DNA from: Candidatus Fraserbacteria bacterium
GTDB lineage: Bacteria > Bipolaricaulota > Bipolaricaulia > RBG-16-55-9 > DRXL01
Reading direction: 5' to 3'
NCBI GenBank assembly: GCA_037440025.1
Contig: JBBIUX010000001.1
Coordinates: 11,700-75,699, forward strand
Length of the DNA: 64,000 bases
The notes under the pieces are model-generated. The model did no database searches, was not told the origin of the DNA, and worked only from the letters and a program-made list of their open reading frames with translations. This document shows positions 28,424 through 37,246 of this stretch, piece after piece; the stretch's first letter is position 1, and the number at the start of each line of letters is the position of its first letter. The position numbers and the translations under genes were made by a program.

Positions 28424-31400
28424 TTAGTTTTCAGACTCCACAGCCTTCTTCCAGTCGGCAAAGACCACTTTCACCGTGCGTAGGATCTCTTCGGGCGCAG
28501 GGAGTTTTTCAGCCGGGTTCTGAATCCGCGTAAGCTGCGGGCTCGTCAACGCATTCTCGACGGCATAGACCCAATATTTGTCTCCCAATCTTTGGGCCAT
28601 CTGCCATTCGTGCAGCGTAAGTTGCAGCTCACCCGTCGTCTGAAAACCCTTCACTTCGATGTGGCGTGTCTCATCGGGCCCTTGCGAAAGAATATCATAG
28701 CCGCGGAATTCTAACGAGACGTCTTGTGGGGTTCGCCCTTGAGCACGCTCGTAGCTCATCGCGACCGCCATAGCCGTTCGCTCGATTCGTTTCTTGAGTT
28801 CTTCATCAGCAAGTGCAGCCGCGGCTTGCTCGGTGAAAGTTCCCTTAGGCACGACGAGCGCCACGGCGATCAGCTCCGGCTCTAAGCGCACTAAAGCCAT
28901 CTCGCGCTCCAGTGCCTTCAAGCGCTCTGTCTTCTCGCGTACCAGCGCTTTGAGATGCTTCTCTTCTTCTTCGATGACCAGTCGCATGTCCTCGCCCGCG
29001 TCCAAACGCTTCTGATAGTCAAGCAATTTGCGATTCGATTCTGCCATCAAGGTGTTGAATGATCTTTCGAGATAGTCGCGCTTGATGCGGGTATCGCGCT
29101 CGCGGCGCGCTTTAGCTTCTTCGAAGACGCGATCTGTATAACGAGCGACCTCGCTTCTGATGGCCTCTTGGGCTTGCGTTAAGCCCTCGATAAAGTGTTG
29201 CGGGATGGTGGCATCTGGTTCAGCTCCCTCGAATTCCCACAGTACGCGGGGATCTACGGCGCGCACCTCGGCGCTTGCTGAGTCATAGAAGAACGTCAGC
29301 AGTTGTTCGCGGGCCGTCTGGTTTTCCCCATCGAGCACCTGAGCGCAATAGAACCAGAGTGAACCCGACCGCCCTTTGGGATCGAGCAAGAGCGTGCGCA
29401 GGGGCTTCTCTTTGCCTTGTAGAAAGTGCTCACAGAGAGCCTCAAAGAGCGGATGCCCCGGCGCCAAAAGCTCCGGTAGCGTCTCAGCTTCTTTAATCAC
29501 TTTGCGCTCGAAGGCGACCCTCAGCCCGCGCACGAGAGAGTCGGGCAAGTGAAATTTTTTAGCGAACTCCCGCGGCACGGCGACCTTCCAGACGCCCTTG
29601 TCTTTCTTATCGGCCTGCATCGTCCCGCCGATTAGTCCCAGGGCTTCTCTGGTGAAGCGCTCGACGTCCCAGGGGACTAAACGCATCTCCAGCGAGCGCG
29701 TGTCCTCTTGTAAGATCGCCATGTGATCAATGTGATGGCTGGCCAGCGCGCTCTCTTCTAAAGCTCTTCTATATTGCTGAAAAGCCTGCTCAAGATCGCG
29801 CGTGAAAGTGACCTCGACTTCTTGCGGACTGTCCTTGAGCACGGCCTGCATCACTAACTGTTCGAGCTTTACGCCCTCTAAGAGCGTCCCCACGACATCG
29901 TAGACGCTGTCGCCCAACTGTTGGCGCATCTCGTTGAGCTTTTCCAAGAGCGTGTCCAGAACCTGCCCCTCGCGAGTTTGGTGGTAGAGCATGTTATAGA
30001 CAAAGCAATCGCGCTTCTGCCCGTAGCGATGGATGCGCCCCATGCGCTGTTCCAATCTATTGGGGTTCCACGGCAGATCGTAGTTGACCATCAGGCGACA
30101 GAATTGCAAATTTAAGCCTTCCCCAGCAGCCTCGGTAGCCACCATCACTTGGACGTCTGGGGCGCGAAAGCGGCGCTCTTGCTCGATGCGTTCTGAGAGC
30201 GTCATCTCGCCGTGAATTGTGGCCGTCTCATAGCCCCACTCGCGGAAGCGTTTGATCAGCCCGTAGAGCGTGTCTTTGAACTCCGTGAAGACGAGCAGCT
30301 TTTCATCAGAGTCGTTCTTCAGATGTCTTTCGACGAGTCCGCGCAGCTGCTCGGTCTTGGCTTCTTGACTGACTCTTGCGGCTTGCTGAGCAAGCTGGAT
30401 GAGCCGATCGAGGTGGCGGATCTCATCGCGCAGCTCTTCAGGGCTTTCGGCAGCGGTCAGCCCCTCGCGCTGCTCTTCAAAACGCTCACGCTCTTGAGCC
30501 GTATAGTCTTCGGGTTCTTCGTCTGGGGCGTCTGTGGGGAGTTCGTATTCGGTGTCGCGCACGGCTTCCCAGCGGTCCAAGAGCGTAAGCAGCTTCGCTC
30601 GGCGGCGCTTGAGCGATTCGCCAATGGCCGTCAGGCTCGAAGCTAAACGCCGTTGGAGCACGACCAAGGCCAAGCCGATGTTGCGGCTGCGACGGTCTTT
30701 CGCTGCGGCGACGCGCCCGTACCATTTCTTCACATAAGCTGTGACGGCTTCATAGAGCTTCGCTTCTTCGGAGGAGAGAGCCACCTTGAGGCTGCTGACC
30801 TCGCGTTTCTTGAAGAGCGGGTTACCCAAAAGATCTTTCGCTTGTTCTTTAGAGCGTCGCAGCACGAAGGGGAGCTGTCCTTGCGCTCGAGAGGTTTCTA
30901 ATAAATGCCATTCGTCGGCGAAGAGGTAGGGCGCCAGCAGCTCGATCAGCTTAAAATACGCGAAGTGATCGCCCTTGTGAGGGGTGGCCGTCAAGAGCAA
31001 CAGATGCGTGGTCGCCCGCGCGAGCGCCGCGCCCAGCTCGTAGCGCTGCGTGCGCTTTTCTTCTCGACCGTACTTGGCTGCCGAGAGCTCATGAGCTTCG
31101 TCGAAGATGACCAAGTCCCAGCGTCGGCGGCTGAGCAGTTGGGGGTAGGGCTCGCGCTTGGCGAAGTCTAATGAAGTGATCAATTGCGGGTTGCGTTCGA
31201 GAAAGTCATCCGAGCGGAGTTGCTCGGCAAGCCCGCGATCTATCTGGGTGAACTCTTCGCGGAACCAATCGCGCATCTCGCGGCACCATTGGTCTTGCAG
31301 ATGGGCGGGGACGACAAGTAAGACGCGCCGCACAACGCCGCGTACTTTCAGTTCTTTCATAAGCAGTCCGGCCATGATCGTCTTGCCCAAGCCGGGATCG

Positions 31401-31804
31401 TCTGTGAGAAGAAAGCGCACCTTGGGCAAGGGCAAGATATGCTTATAGACCGCGTCCACCTGATGGGGCAGGAGATCTACTTGGGTGACGCTGACAGCAT
31501 AGTGAGGGTCGAACGTATAAGCCAAGCGCATACGAAGCGCTTCCGCGTAGAGCAAGAAGGGCTTCTGAGGTAGCAGATTTCCTTGAGCGAACTGTTCTCT
31601 CAAAGAAGGGATAACCTTCACCCGCTGGGACAACTCTTCAGGGCTTAGGTAGAACGTTTCTGCGCGTTTGCTCTGCTGAAAGATGAGGCCGAGCCGGATC
31701 TTTTCCCCCACAGGTTCGCAGAGGAAGACTTGAGCAGTCTCCTCGAAGGGGGCTAGCCGAACCAGATCGCCGTGACGGAGTAAGGGCTTGGCTTGGGGTG
31801 TCAT
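28424..31804 (-). CDS. SNF2-family helicase with C-terminal DUF3883 nuclease-like domain
   Basis: 1126 aa. LLTDDPGLGKT, FDEAHEL, LLLTATPHKGD, QRMGRIHRYGQ. C-terminus GYDILSQG..RHIEVKG..LTLHEWQMAQRLGDKYWVYAV. Confidence 0.85.
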   Translation of the reverse strand: MTPQAKPLLRHGDLVRLAPFEETAQVFLCEPVGEKIRLGLIFQQSKRAETFYLSPEELSQRVKVIPSLREQFAQGNLLPQKPFLLYAEALRMRLAYTFDPHYAVSVTQVDLLPHQVDAVYKHILPLPKVRFLLTDDPGLGKTIMAGLLMKELKVRGVVRRVLLVVPAHLQDQWCREMRDWFREEFTQIDRGLAEQLRSDDFLERNPQLITSLDFAKREPYPQLLSRRRWDLVIFDEAHELSAAKYGREEKRTQRYELGAALARATTHLLLLTATPHKGDHFAYFKLIELLAPYLFADEWHLLETSRAQGQLPFVLRRSKEQAKDLLGNPLFKKREVSSLKVALSSEEAKLYEAVTAYVKKWYGRVAAAKDRRSRNIGLALVVLQRRLASSLTAIGESLKRRRAKLLTLLDRWEAVRDTEYELPTDAPDEEPEDYTAQERERFEEQREGLTAAESPEELRDEIRHLDRLIQLAQQAARVSQEAKTEQLRGLVERHLKNDSDEKLLVFTEFKDTLYGLIKRFREWGYETATIHGEMTLSERIEQERRFRAPDVQVMVATEAAGEGLNLQFCRLMVNYDLPWNPNRLEQRMGRIHRYGQKRDCFVYNMLYHQTREGQVLDTLLEKLNEMRQQLGDSVYDVVGTLLEGVKLEQLVMQAVLKDSPQEVEVTFTRDLEQAFQQYRRALEESALASHHIDHMAILQEDTRSLEMRLVPWDVERFTREALGLIGGTMQADKKDKGVWKVAVPREFAKKFHLPDSLVRGLRVAFERKVIKEAETLPELLAPGHPLFEALCEHFLQGKEKPLRTLLLDPKGRSGSLWFYCAQVLDGENQTAREQLLTFFYDSASAEVRAVDPRVLWEFEGAEPDATIPQHFIEGLTQAQEAIRSEVARYTDRVFEEAKARRERDTRIKRDYLERSFNTLMAESNRKLLDYQKRLDAGEDMRLVIEEEEKHLKALVREKTERLKALEREMALVRLEPELIAVALVVPKGTFTEQAAAALADEELKKRIERTAMAVAMSYERAQGRTPQDVSLEFRGYDILSQGPDETRHIEVKGFQTTGELQLTLHEWQMAQRLGDKYWVYAVENALTSPQLTRIQNPAEKLPAPEEILRTVKVVFADWKKAVESEN

Positions 31805-31853
31805 GATCCCTCAAGGCTTGGCACTCTGCGCTAGAAACTTTCAACTATCTTGC

Positions 31854-31930
31854 TGGTACGCCCGGGAGGACTTGAACCTCCGACCTCTGGCTCCGCAGGC
31901 CAGCGCTCTGATCCCCTGAGCTACGGGCGC
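31854..31930 (-). tRNA. tRNA-Arg (anticodon GCG), CCA encoded
   Basis: GCGCCCG-TA-GCTCAGGGGATCAGAGC-G-CTGGC-CTGCGGA-GCCAG-AGGTC-GGAGGTTCAAGTCCTCC-CGGGCGT-A-CCA. Closely resembles my recollection of E. coli tRNA-Arg. Confidence 0.9.
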
Positions 31931-31987
31931 GTGTGCACGGCTATTCTAACAGGCAAACAGAGGCTTGTCAACGGGCAAATCCCCCTC
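31865..31987. repeat. attL: 123-bp direct repeat (tRNA-Arg nt 1-66 plus 57 bp upstream)
   Basis: Identical by eye to 37879-38001. Confidence 0.9.
31943..31971 (-). promoter_or_regulatory. consensus sigma70 promoter of tRNA-Arg (lies inside the direct repeat)
   Basis: Minus strand TTGACA (31966-31971), 17 nt, TAGAAT (31943-31948), 12 nt before the mature 5' end. Identical copy at 37957-37985. Confidence 0.7.
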
Positions 31988-32065
31988 TACTCACCCTCGA
32001 CTCTCCAGAGGCCGTCTGAGCCATAAAAAGGGGGTAGGCCAGCGGTCTTTTTTCGGCCAACTTTT

Positions 32066-32995
32066 ATGGTCAGCGAGACAGTCAACCAGCGGACGTTCGG
32101 TCAGCTCTCGGCAGCGTTCGAGGGCTTTCAGTTGTATGCCAGAATCGAGGGACGGTCAGCGAAGACGTTGGAAGTCTATCGGGTGGCTTTCCAAGACGTG
32201 CTCAGTTTCCTTGGGGAGAGCATAGCCTTATCCGACGTGGCTGCAGGGGATATACGGCGCTGGATTGCCCATAAATTGGACGCTGGCTACTCCAAGACGA
32301 CTATCAATATCCGGCTGCGTGCTTTGCGCGCCTTTTTTAACTGGCTTGTCCGAGAAGGGTATATGACGGAGAGACCCTTAGCCAACGTCAAGCAACTGCG
32401 AACGCCAAGACAGTATCCTTACGTGCTCTCAGAGCAACAGGTCATGGCGCTGCTGAGGGTTATCAAGCGAGACTCTTGGACGGGCAAGCGCAACTGGGCA
32501 ATGGCGCTGACCATGCTCGACGCCATGCTCCGGCTCTCCGAGCTTATCCACCTAGAGCTTGCAGACGTGAACTTGCAAGCTCGCTCAATAAGAGTGCGTC
32601 ACGGCAAGGGGGATAAAGAGCGCGTGGTCTTTATGGGCCGCCGTCTCACAAGGGCCATGCACGACTGGCTTGCGGTGAGAGGCTATCACGTCGGGGAAGA
32701 TAGAGTCTTTGTCACCCGTCAAGGCACAAAGCTCGACAGCCGCAACGTGCAACGGATACTCGAACGGTATGCAGCCAAGGCGAAACTGACGGACGTGCGG
32801 GTCAGCCCGCACACATTGAGACACACCGGCGCGACGCTCTTTATCAGATACGGCGGCGACCCCTTTAGCCTGCAAAAGCTCTTAGGTCACAGCACTGTCA
32901 CCGTGACAGAGATTTATGTGCACATGGCGGGCACGGCTTTGAGGGAAGCGCACGCCAAGGCGAGCCCGGTGGATAGGCTGTTGGAGGGGAGCTAA
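32066..32995 (+). CDS. tyrosine recombinase/integrase (XerC/D-like)
   Basis: 309 aa. N-terminal SAM-like core-binding domain (LRALRAFFNWLVREGY). Catalytic ..MLRLSEL..GKGDKER..SPHTLRHTGAT..LLGHSTVTVTEIYVH. Confidence 0.9.
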   Translation: MVSETVNQRTFGQLSAAFEGFQLYARIEGRSAKTLEVYRVAFQDVLSFLGESIALSDVAAGDIRRWIAHKLDAGYSKTTINIRLRALRAFFNWLVREGYMTERPLANVKQLRTPRQYPYVLSEQQVMALLRVIKRDSWTGKRNWAMALTMLDAMLRLSELIHLELADVNLQARSIRVRHGKGDKERVVFMGRRLTRAMHDWLAVRGYHVGEDRVFVTRQGTKLDSRNVQRILERYAAKAKLTDVRVSPHTLRHTGATLFIRYGGDPFSLQKLLGHSTVTVTEIYVHMAGTALREAHAKASPVDRLLEGS

Positions 32996-33087
32996 AACGA
33001 GAGTTTACCATTGTCCCCGGCTTAAAGGTCAGTCTTCCTTCATTTTCAGTGTAATGACCTAATAGAGTTCTAAGTTGGAGTGATTTT

Positions 33088-33810
33088 GTGCGGATAGTAG
33101 CTATATCTTTAATAGGTATGTTTTGGGCTGGTCTGCTCATTAGCTGTACACCTCAGCAGCCCTCCAACCAGAGCCCTGTGGCTGCAATCGAAGCTTCTGT
33201 TACCAGCGGCGAGGCTCCACTCACGGTAGTTCTGAGCGGGGCACGCTCGTATGACCCGGATGGGACAATCACCCGATATGAATGGGATTTGGGCAACGGA
33301 GATAAGTCGAGCGGGGTTTCTGTCACGCACATTTATCAGCAATCGGCCACTTTCACAGTAGGCCTTAGCGTGACCGACGATAAAGGAGCTACAGCTTCAG
33401 CCACAATTTCAATCACAGTTGCGAAGGCTAGCTGTCCGCGTGATAGCACAAGCAATGGACAACTTCGACTTGCGGTACGGTCTATAAGCGTGGCGAGTGA
33501 ACTCGGGATTTGGCAGCCAAGTGAGGGCAACAGATTCTTAATTGTGGACGTGTCGATAGAATCTCTAGCGGACGACCAGCTAGCGAATGCGTTACTCTTC
33601 AAAATTGAAGAAGAAGACGGTACAGCGCACGATATCAGTATAGCAACTGCTTCTCTTCCTAAACCATTTGAGTCTGTCACATTAGACCGTGGACAAAAAA
33701 CTGGCGGACAGCTTGCTTTTGAAGTCGGCCTTTCGGTTCGCCAAGTGAAACTGCACTATAAACCTCTGCTGACCGGCCAGAAAATGAAGTTATGTCTTAG
33801 CGTGCCGTAA
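33088..33810 (+). CDS. lipoprotein with PKD domain and DUF4352-like Ig-fold domain
   Basis: Lipobox LLISC. PKD pattern PLTVVLSGARSYDPDGTITRYEWDLGNGD..VGLSVTDDKGA. C-terminus ..GNRFLIVDVSIESL.. Confidence 0.6.
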   Translation: MRIVAISLIGMFWAGLLISCTPQQPSNQSPVAAIEASVTSGEAPLTVVLSGARSYDPDGTITRYEWDLGNGDKSSGVSVTHIYQQSATFTVGLSVTDDKGATASATISITVAKASCPRDSTSNGQLRLAVRSISVASELGIWQPSEGNRFLIVDVSIESLADDQLANALLFKIEEEDGTAHDISIATASLPKPFESVTLDRGQKTGGQLAFEVGLSVRQVKLHYKPLLTGQKMKLCLSVP

Positions 33811-33921
33811 GGAGACTGTTGACTATCTCCCATGATTTGCGTCACTGTCAAATTCGTCTACCTGTGTATCGTGAACAATCCTTGAGTGAGCGGCCCCCAA
33901 ACATTCAGAATCCCTTGACCG

Positions 33922-34662
33922 TCAGGCAAACAATCCATTGGCCAGAGGCCCCAACTCTCTCTCGACCTCTTCCCTGGTCACTATGCCCTCTCTTACAGCC
34001 TGCACTATCTCCTTTCGCCAATCCGATACTGCAATGTTATCCGTTGATTGACCAGCAGCAAGCCGCGCAGTCTTTAATGCTTCGCTGAGCACTTCGCAGT
34101 AGCGCTTGGACGCCGACGCAATCTGACAAAGCACGGCGACACTATTCTTATCTTGAGCCCTCAACTCCTCCAATAGCTTGCCACACTCTCGCGCTCCCTC
34201 ACGCGCTATCTGCATAGCTTCCAAGGCGCCCTCTACGGAAAGTAGGTTTATTTCGGCTAACGCGTCACCGACGGTTTCAACGGTTTTTTGCTGTGCTCGC
34301 GCTGCAATAGCTCTTTGGTTCTGTTCTCGCAGCTCGTTCCACTTTTCGGCCTTAATTCTGTCTGCCAGCGTGCGAGAGCTGATGCCCCAGCGCTTCTCAA
34401 TGTCCCGACAGGTAGGGTAGACCCTGTTGCCAGCCTCGTCTTCCCAGCCCAGCGTGTAGGCAGCTTTTATCTCGTCCCAGGGTATCCTGCGAAAGCCCAT
34501 TTTCACCCTGTCAATCGCTACGCAAATCCACCCGTTACCCGCACACGGGGCACCGGCCCGACTGACGAACCAGCGCGACACTAGCCCATTCTGAGGTTGG
34601 GCATACCCGCTGCCATAACCCTTGCAAGCGTCACACACTTGCAAGCCCGATACGTTGGCCAA
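33922..34662 (-). CDS. hypothetical protein (HTH-like segment; weak resemblance to phage small-terminase/regulator proteins)
   Basis: 246 aa. CDACKGYG near the N-terminus, RDIEKRWGISSRTLADRIKAEKW HTH-like, coiled C-terminal half. True start may be internal (MGFRRIPW). Confidence 0.4.
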   Translation of the reverse strand: MANVSGLQVCDACKGYGSGYAQPQNGLVSRWFVSRAGAPCAGNGWICVAIDRVKMGFRRIPWDEIKAAYTLGWEDEAGNRVYPTCRDIEKRWGISSRTLADRIKAEKWNELREQNQRAIAARAQQKTVETVGDALAEINLLSVEGALEAMQIAREGARECGKLLEELRAQDKNSVAVLCQIASASKRYCEVLSEALKTARLAAGQSTDNIAVSDWRKEIVQAVREGIVTREEVERELGPLANGLFA

Positions 34663-34717
34663 TTCGGCGGGATTGGCGACCCTCCGACACCGTTGCAGCT
34701 ATCTTATCCCAGATTTG

Positions 34718-34770
34718 TTTCGATTACTAGCCAATTCCATTGCGATTACTCTCAGCCTATTTTGATTCAC
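34718..34770. repeat. three iteron-like direct repeats, 20-22 bp spacing
   Basis: TTTCGATTACT (34718), TTGCGATTACT (34740), TTTTGATTCAC (34760), between the prim-pol stop and the start of 33922-34662. Confidence 0.45.
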
Positions 34771-34842
34771 AAGCAAATCCCCTCTTCTTTCCCTTGTGGG
34801 ACAGTTGCATTTCAAAATCCGCTTTTGAAGCCCTTTTTTTCT

Positions 34843-35754
34843 TCAAGTGTCCCGCTTACTAGTTGAGAGAGACATTGAAGACGTTGACGTGGCTATTGAC
34901 GCAAGACGTGAGACTGTTGACTTTGAAACTCCAGCAAGTCGCGCAATTTCGCGCCGAGAGAGCTTTGAATTTGCGAGTGCGACGCGCAGAACTTTGGAGA
35001 TTTTGTCTTCCGCGTCGCGTCGTTTCGCAGCTTCTTTTCGCGCAATACACTCGAAAGTGTAGTGAAGCTGCTTTTCAGAAAGCGGCGGGCGGTTTTGTAA
35101 GTTCCAGCCGCGCAAGAGCCGCCAGACAACCGTCTCCCAGTCGGATTGGTTAAAAGCACCGAGTAGCTTGCCCGCCATTTGAGCGGCGCTGACGTTGCGG
35201 TAGCCTTCGGGAACGCCGCGAACAATATCAGCAACGGTATCAGCTTTAGGACGGGCGCGGTGTCGCTTCAGCATTTCAAACAGCCAAGCTGGGCAGGGCG
35301 CGGGTTCGGCTTCGGTCGGTGGAATCACCCACTCGTAGACCTTGCCGGACGGGTGTATTGACGGCGGGGCGACGACGTAGCCGCCTTCACCACGCACGTC
35401 GAGACCGTCAGCAAGACTGGTCACACTGCGAATTGTCGCGTTCTGAAGCGAGAAATAGTAATGCTGCCCTCTTGCTGTCTCACAGAACGGCGTGACGGGC
35501 ACGCCCTTACCAAGCCGTTTTAGTGCCTCTTGCGCGTCGCAGTCAAGCACAAGCAAGTTGCTGATTTTCCCGCAGACGACGGCTATGTTTGCGTCCGCTT
35601 CTCTCTCAAAAAGCGTGACGATTTCGTCTTCGGTTAGCTTGCGCCGTTGAAACTCTTTCCAGCTGCGCGCCGGGGCCTTCGAGCAACGCGGGAGTGGAAA
35701 GACGTTGCAATTTAGCGTCTTGTGCAGTTCCAGCGCGGCTTCTAAAGCACTCAC
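34843..35754 (-). CDS. bifunctional DNA primase/polymerase (prim-pol N-terminal domain) protein
   Basis: 303 aa. ..NVFPLPRCSKAP..W..NIAVVCGKISNLLVLDCD..YYF..GLDVRGEGGYVVAPPSIHPSG pattern. C-terminal HTH (REIARLAGVSKSTVSRL). Confidence 0.75.
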   Translation of the reverse strand: MSALEAALELHKTLNCNVFPLPRCSKAPARSWKEFQRRKLTEDEIVTLFEREADANIAVVCGKISNLLVLDCDAQEALKRLGKGVPVTPFCETARGQHYYFSLQNATIRSVTSLADGLDVRGEGGYVVAPPSIHPSGKVYEWVIPPTEAEPAPCPAWLFEMLKRHRARPKADTVADIVRGVPEGYRNVSAAQMAGKLLGAFNQSDWETVVWRLLRGWNLQNRPPLSEKQLHYTFECIARKEAAKRRDAEDKISKVLRVALANSKLSRREIARLAGVSKSTVSRLASIATSTSSMSLSTSKRDT

Positions 35755-36128
35755 GCTCCCACCCCCGAAAAGAGCGGAAGCTGCTTAGCTCTTGCCTTTA
35801 CGCACAGTACTCTTTTCGCTGGAGCATGTGGATTCGGGCGACGCTCATACACTGCAAGCAGGGCTTCGAGAATTGGCCCCTTGTGCTCCGGCTTGAAGTG
35901 ATAAAGCTTGCGCCCAACGTAGCCCTCTTGAGGTTCACTGATAAACGGCAGCCCGACGTCATTACGACAGAGTTTCACGTCTGGATAGCGGAAAACATTG
36001 GCGTTGCCCTCGGTGATTGAAATGTCAGCAAAACAAAGCGCGTTACCCGTGCGACAATCCCAACGCACAAGCCTTTCGATTTCAACGGAAAGATTGCCTT
36101 GTGCAGGTTTTTCTGATAAAATTTTCAT
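35751..36128 (-). CDS. hypothetical protein (4-nt overlap with prim-pol)
   Basis: 125-aa ORF, translationally coupled to the downstream prim-pol gene. No recognisable domain. Confidence 0.45.
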   Translation of the reverse strand: MKILSEKPAQGNLSVEIERLVRWDCRTGNALCFADISITEGNANVFRYPDVKLCRNDVGLPFISEPQEGYVGRKLYHFKPEHKGPILEALLAVYERRPNPHAPAKRVLCVKARAKQLPLFSGVGA

Positions 36129-36186
36129 GTGCAGCCCCTTTGCCCCGTTTAGCTCGCGGGGCTTTTACTTTTATTCACACCTCAGT

Positions 36187-36369
36187 CTATCTCTCTGTTG
36201 GAGCTTGCTCGTTGCCAATCGCTTTGACAATCACCATTCGCGCGAACGAACTGACAGATAGACCGCGCTGCTGCGCAGCACGCCGGACACGCTCTTTCAG
36301 GTCAGGGTGCAAACGTACCCAGATATCGAATTCCGCGAACCGCTTGAAGGCTTGCTTATTCGTTTGCAT
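36187..36369 (-). CDS. ribbon-helix-helix (Arc/CopG-like) DNA-binding protein
   Basis: 60 aa. FDIWVRLHPDLKERVRRAAQQRGLSVSSFARMVIVKAI. Confidence 0.6.
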   Translation of the reverse strand: MQTNKQAFKRFAEFDIWVRLHPDLKERVRRAAQQRGLSVSSFARMVIVKAIGNEQAPTER

Positions 36370-36411
36370 AGTGATACTATTTTATGACTCTTTTAAGCTT
36401 GGGTGAAGGGA

Positions 36412-36933
36412 ATGTCAGCAAATCGGGAAACGATTACCAGAAGAGCACTTTTGAGCCGGTTCAAGCAGGAAATAGCGCAAAGCAAGAACTGGGACATGGC
36501 CGATTGGTGGCTTGAAGTCCAACAAGAGATTCTCCAATTAGGTTTCAATCCCCACGACTGTGAACACTTCGTCTCTACTAAGGGCCGCCTGTACGTTATC
36601 GCGTACTGCTCGGACAAAGAAAAGCTCAACGCTTTGGAAGAACGACTCAATGCCGTGATATTACTGCCCCGCAAGGTAGCAGCGCGATACTTAGGAATCA
36701 GTGTATCAGCTTTGGACAAGGCGTTAGAACGTGGCCGACTCTCTGCTATTGTCGGTTGGAGTGGTAGCGCTACTGCGGGGGAGCTTTTCCGCGAACGCCT
36801 CACTCAACGAGACAAAGACTCCAAGAAACGATATAAAGGCAAGCTATTCTCCAAAGTGTATTTTTTCAAGAGCGCATTAGACAGGTACCGGAAGAAGCGC
36901 TGGCATAGCCTGCAAAAGCCACCCCCAGAGTGA
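36412..36933 (+). CDS. HTH protein, excisionase/MerR-like C-terminal domain
   Basis: ..LLPRKVAARYLGISVSALDKALERGRLSAIVGW..KVYFFKSALDRY. ATG 36412 behind GAAGGGA (the ORF track starts at GTG 36403). Divergent from the RHH gene. Confidence 0.5.
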   Translation: MSANRETITRRALLSRFKQEIAQSKNWDMADWWLEVQQEILQLGFNPHDCEHFVSTKGRLYVIAYCSDKEKLNALEERLNAVILLPRKVAARYLGISVSALDKALERGRLSAIVGWSGSATAGELFRERLTQRDKDSKKRYKGKLFSKVYFFKSALDRYRKKRWHSLQKPPPE

Positions 36934-37246
36934 AAAGCCGGTATACCAGCAAGCCAGTAAGCTGGAAAATTTACCGAAGCTTGCGAAGGCCTTGAAAGTT
37001 CTGCCGAGCGAGCTAGTCGAGCTGTTCCCCGAAGGCAAGCGCTGGTTTTGGGTGCTGGTCAAGGCGTCTGTGAGAGATAAGGAACTGAACGATGCCCTAA
37101 TGAAACTTCGTGGGCTTCTTGCCCTACAAGAGCCCTAGCCTTTTACCCTTTACGCTGGGCGCGGCGGTCGCTCCAGAGAGCATAAAGAGCAAAGGCTGTG
37201 CCTGCAAGCAGGACGCCTAAGAGTAGGACGACTCCGGGCCAAATAT

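Noticed and set aside
21846-31804. Classifying the defence operon as BREX, DISARM or type I R-M
   Set aside because: No PglZ phosphatase, PglX-type methylase, DrmA/DrmB (DUF1998), PLD nuclease or HsdS/HsdR-like ORFs are present. The methylase is DUF1156-type.
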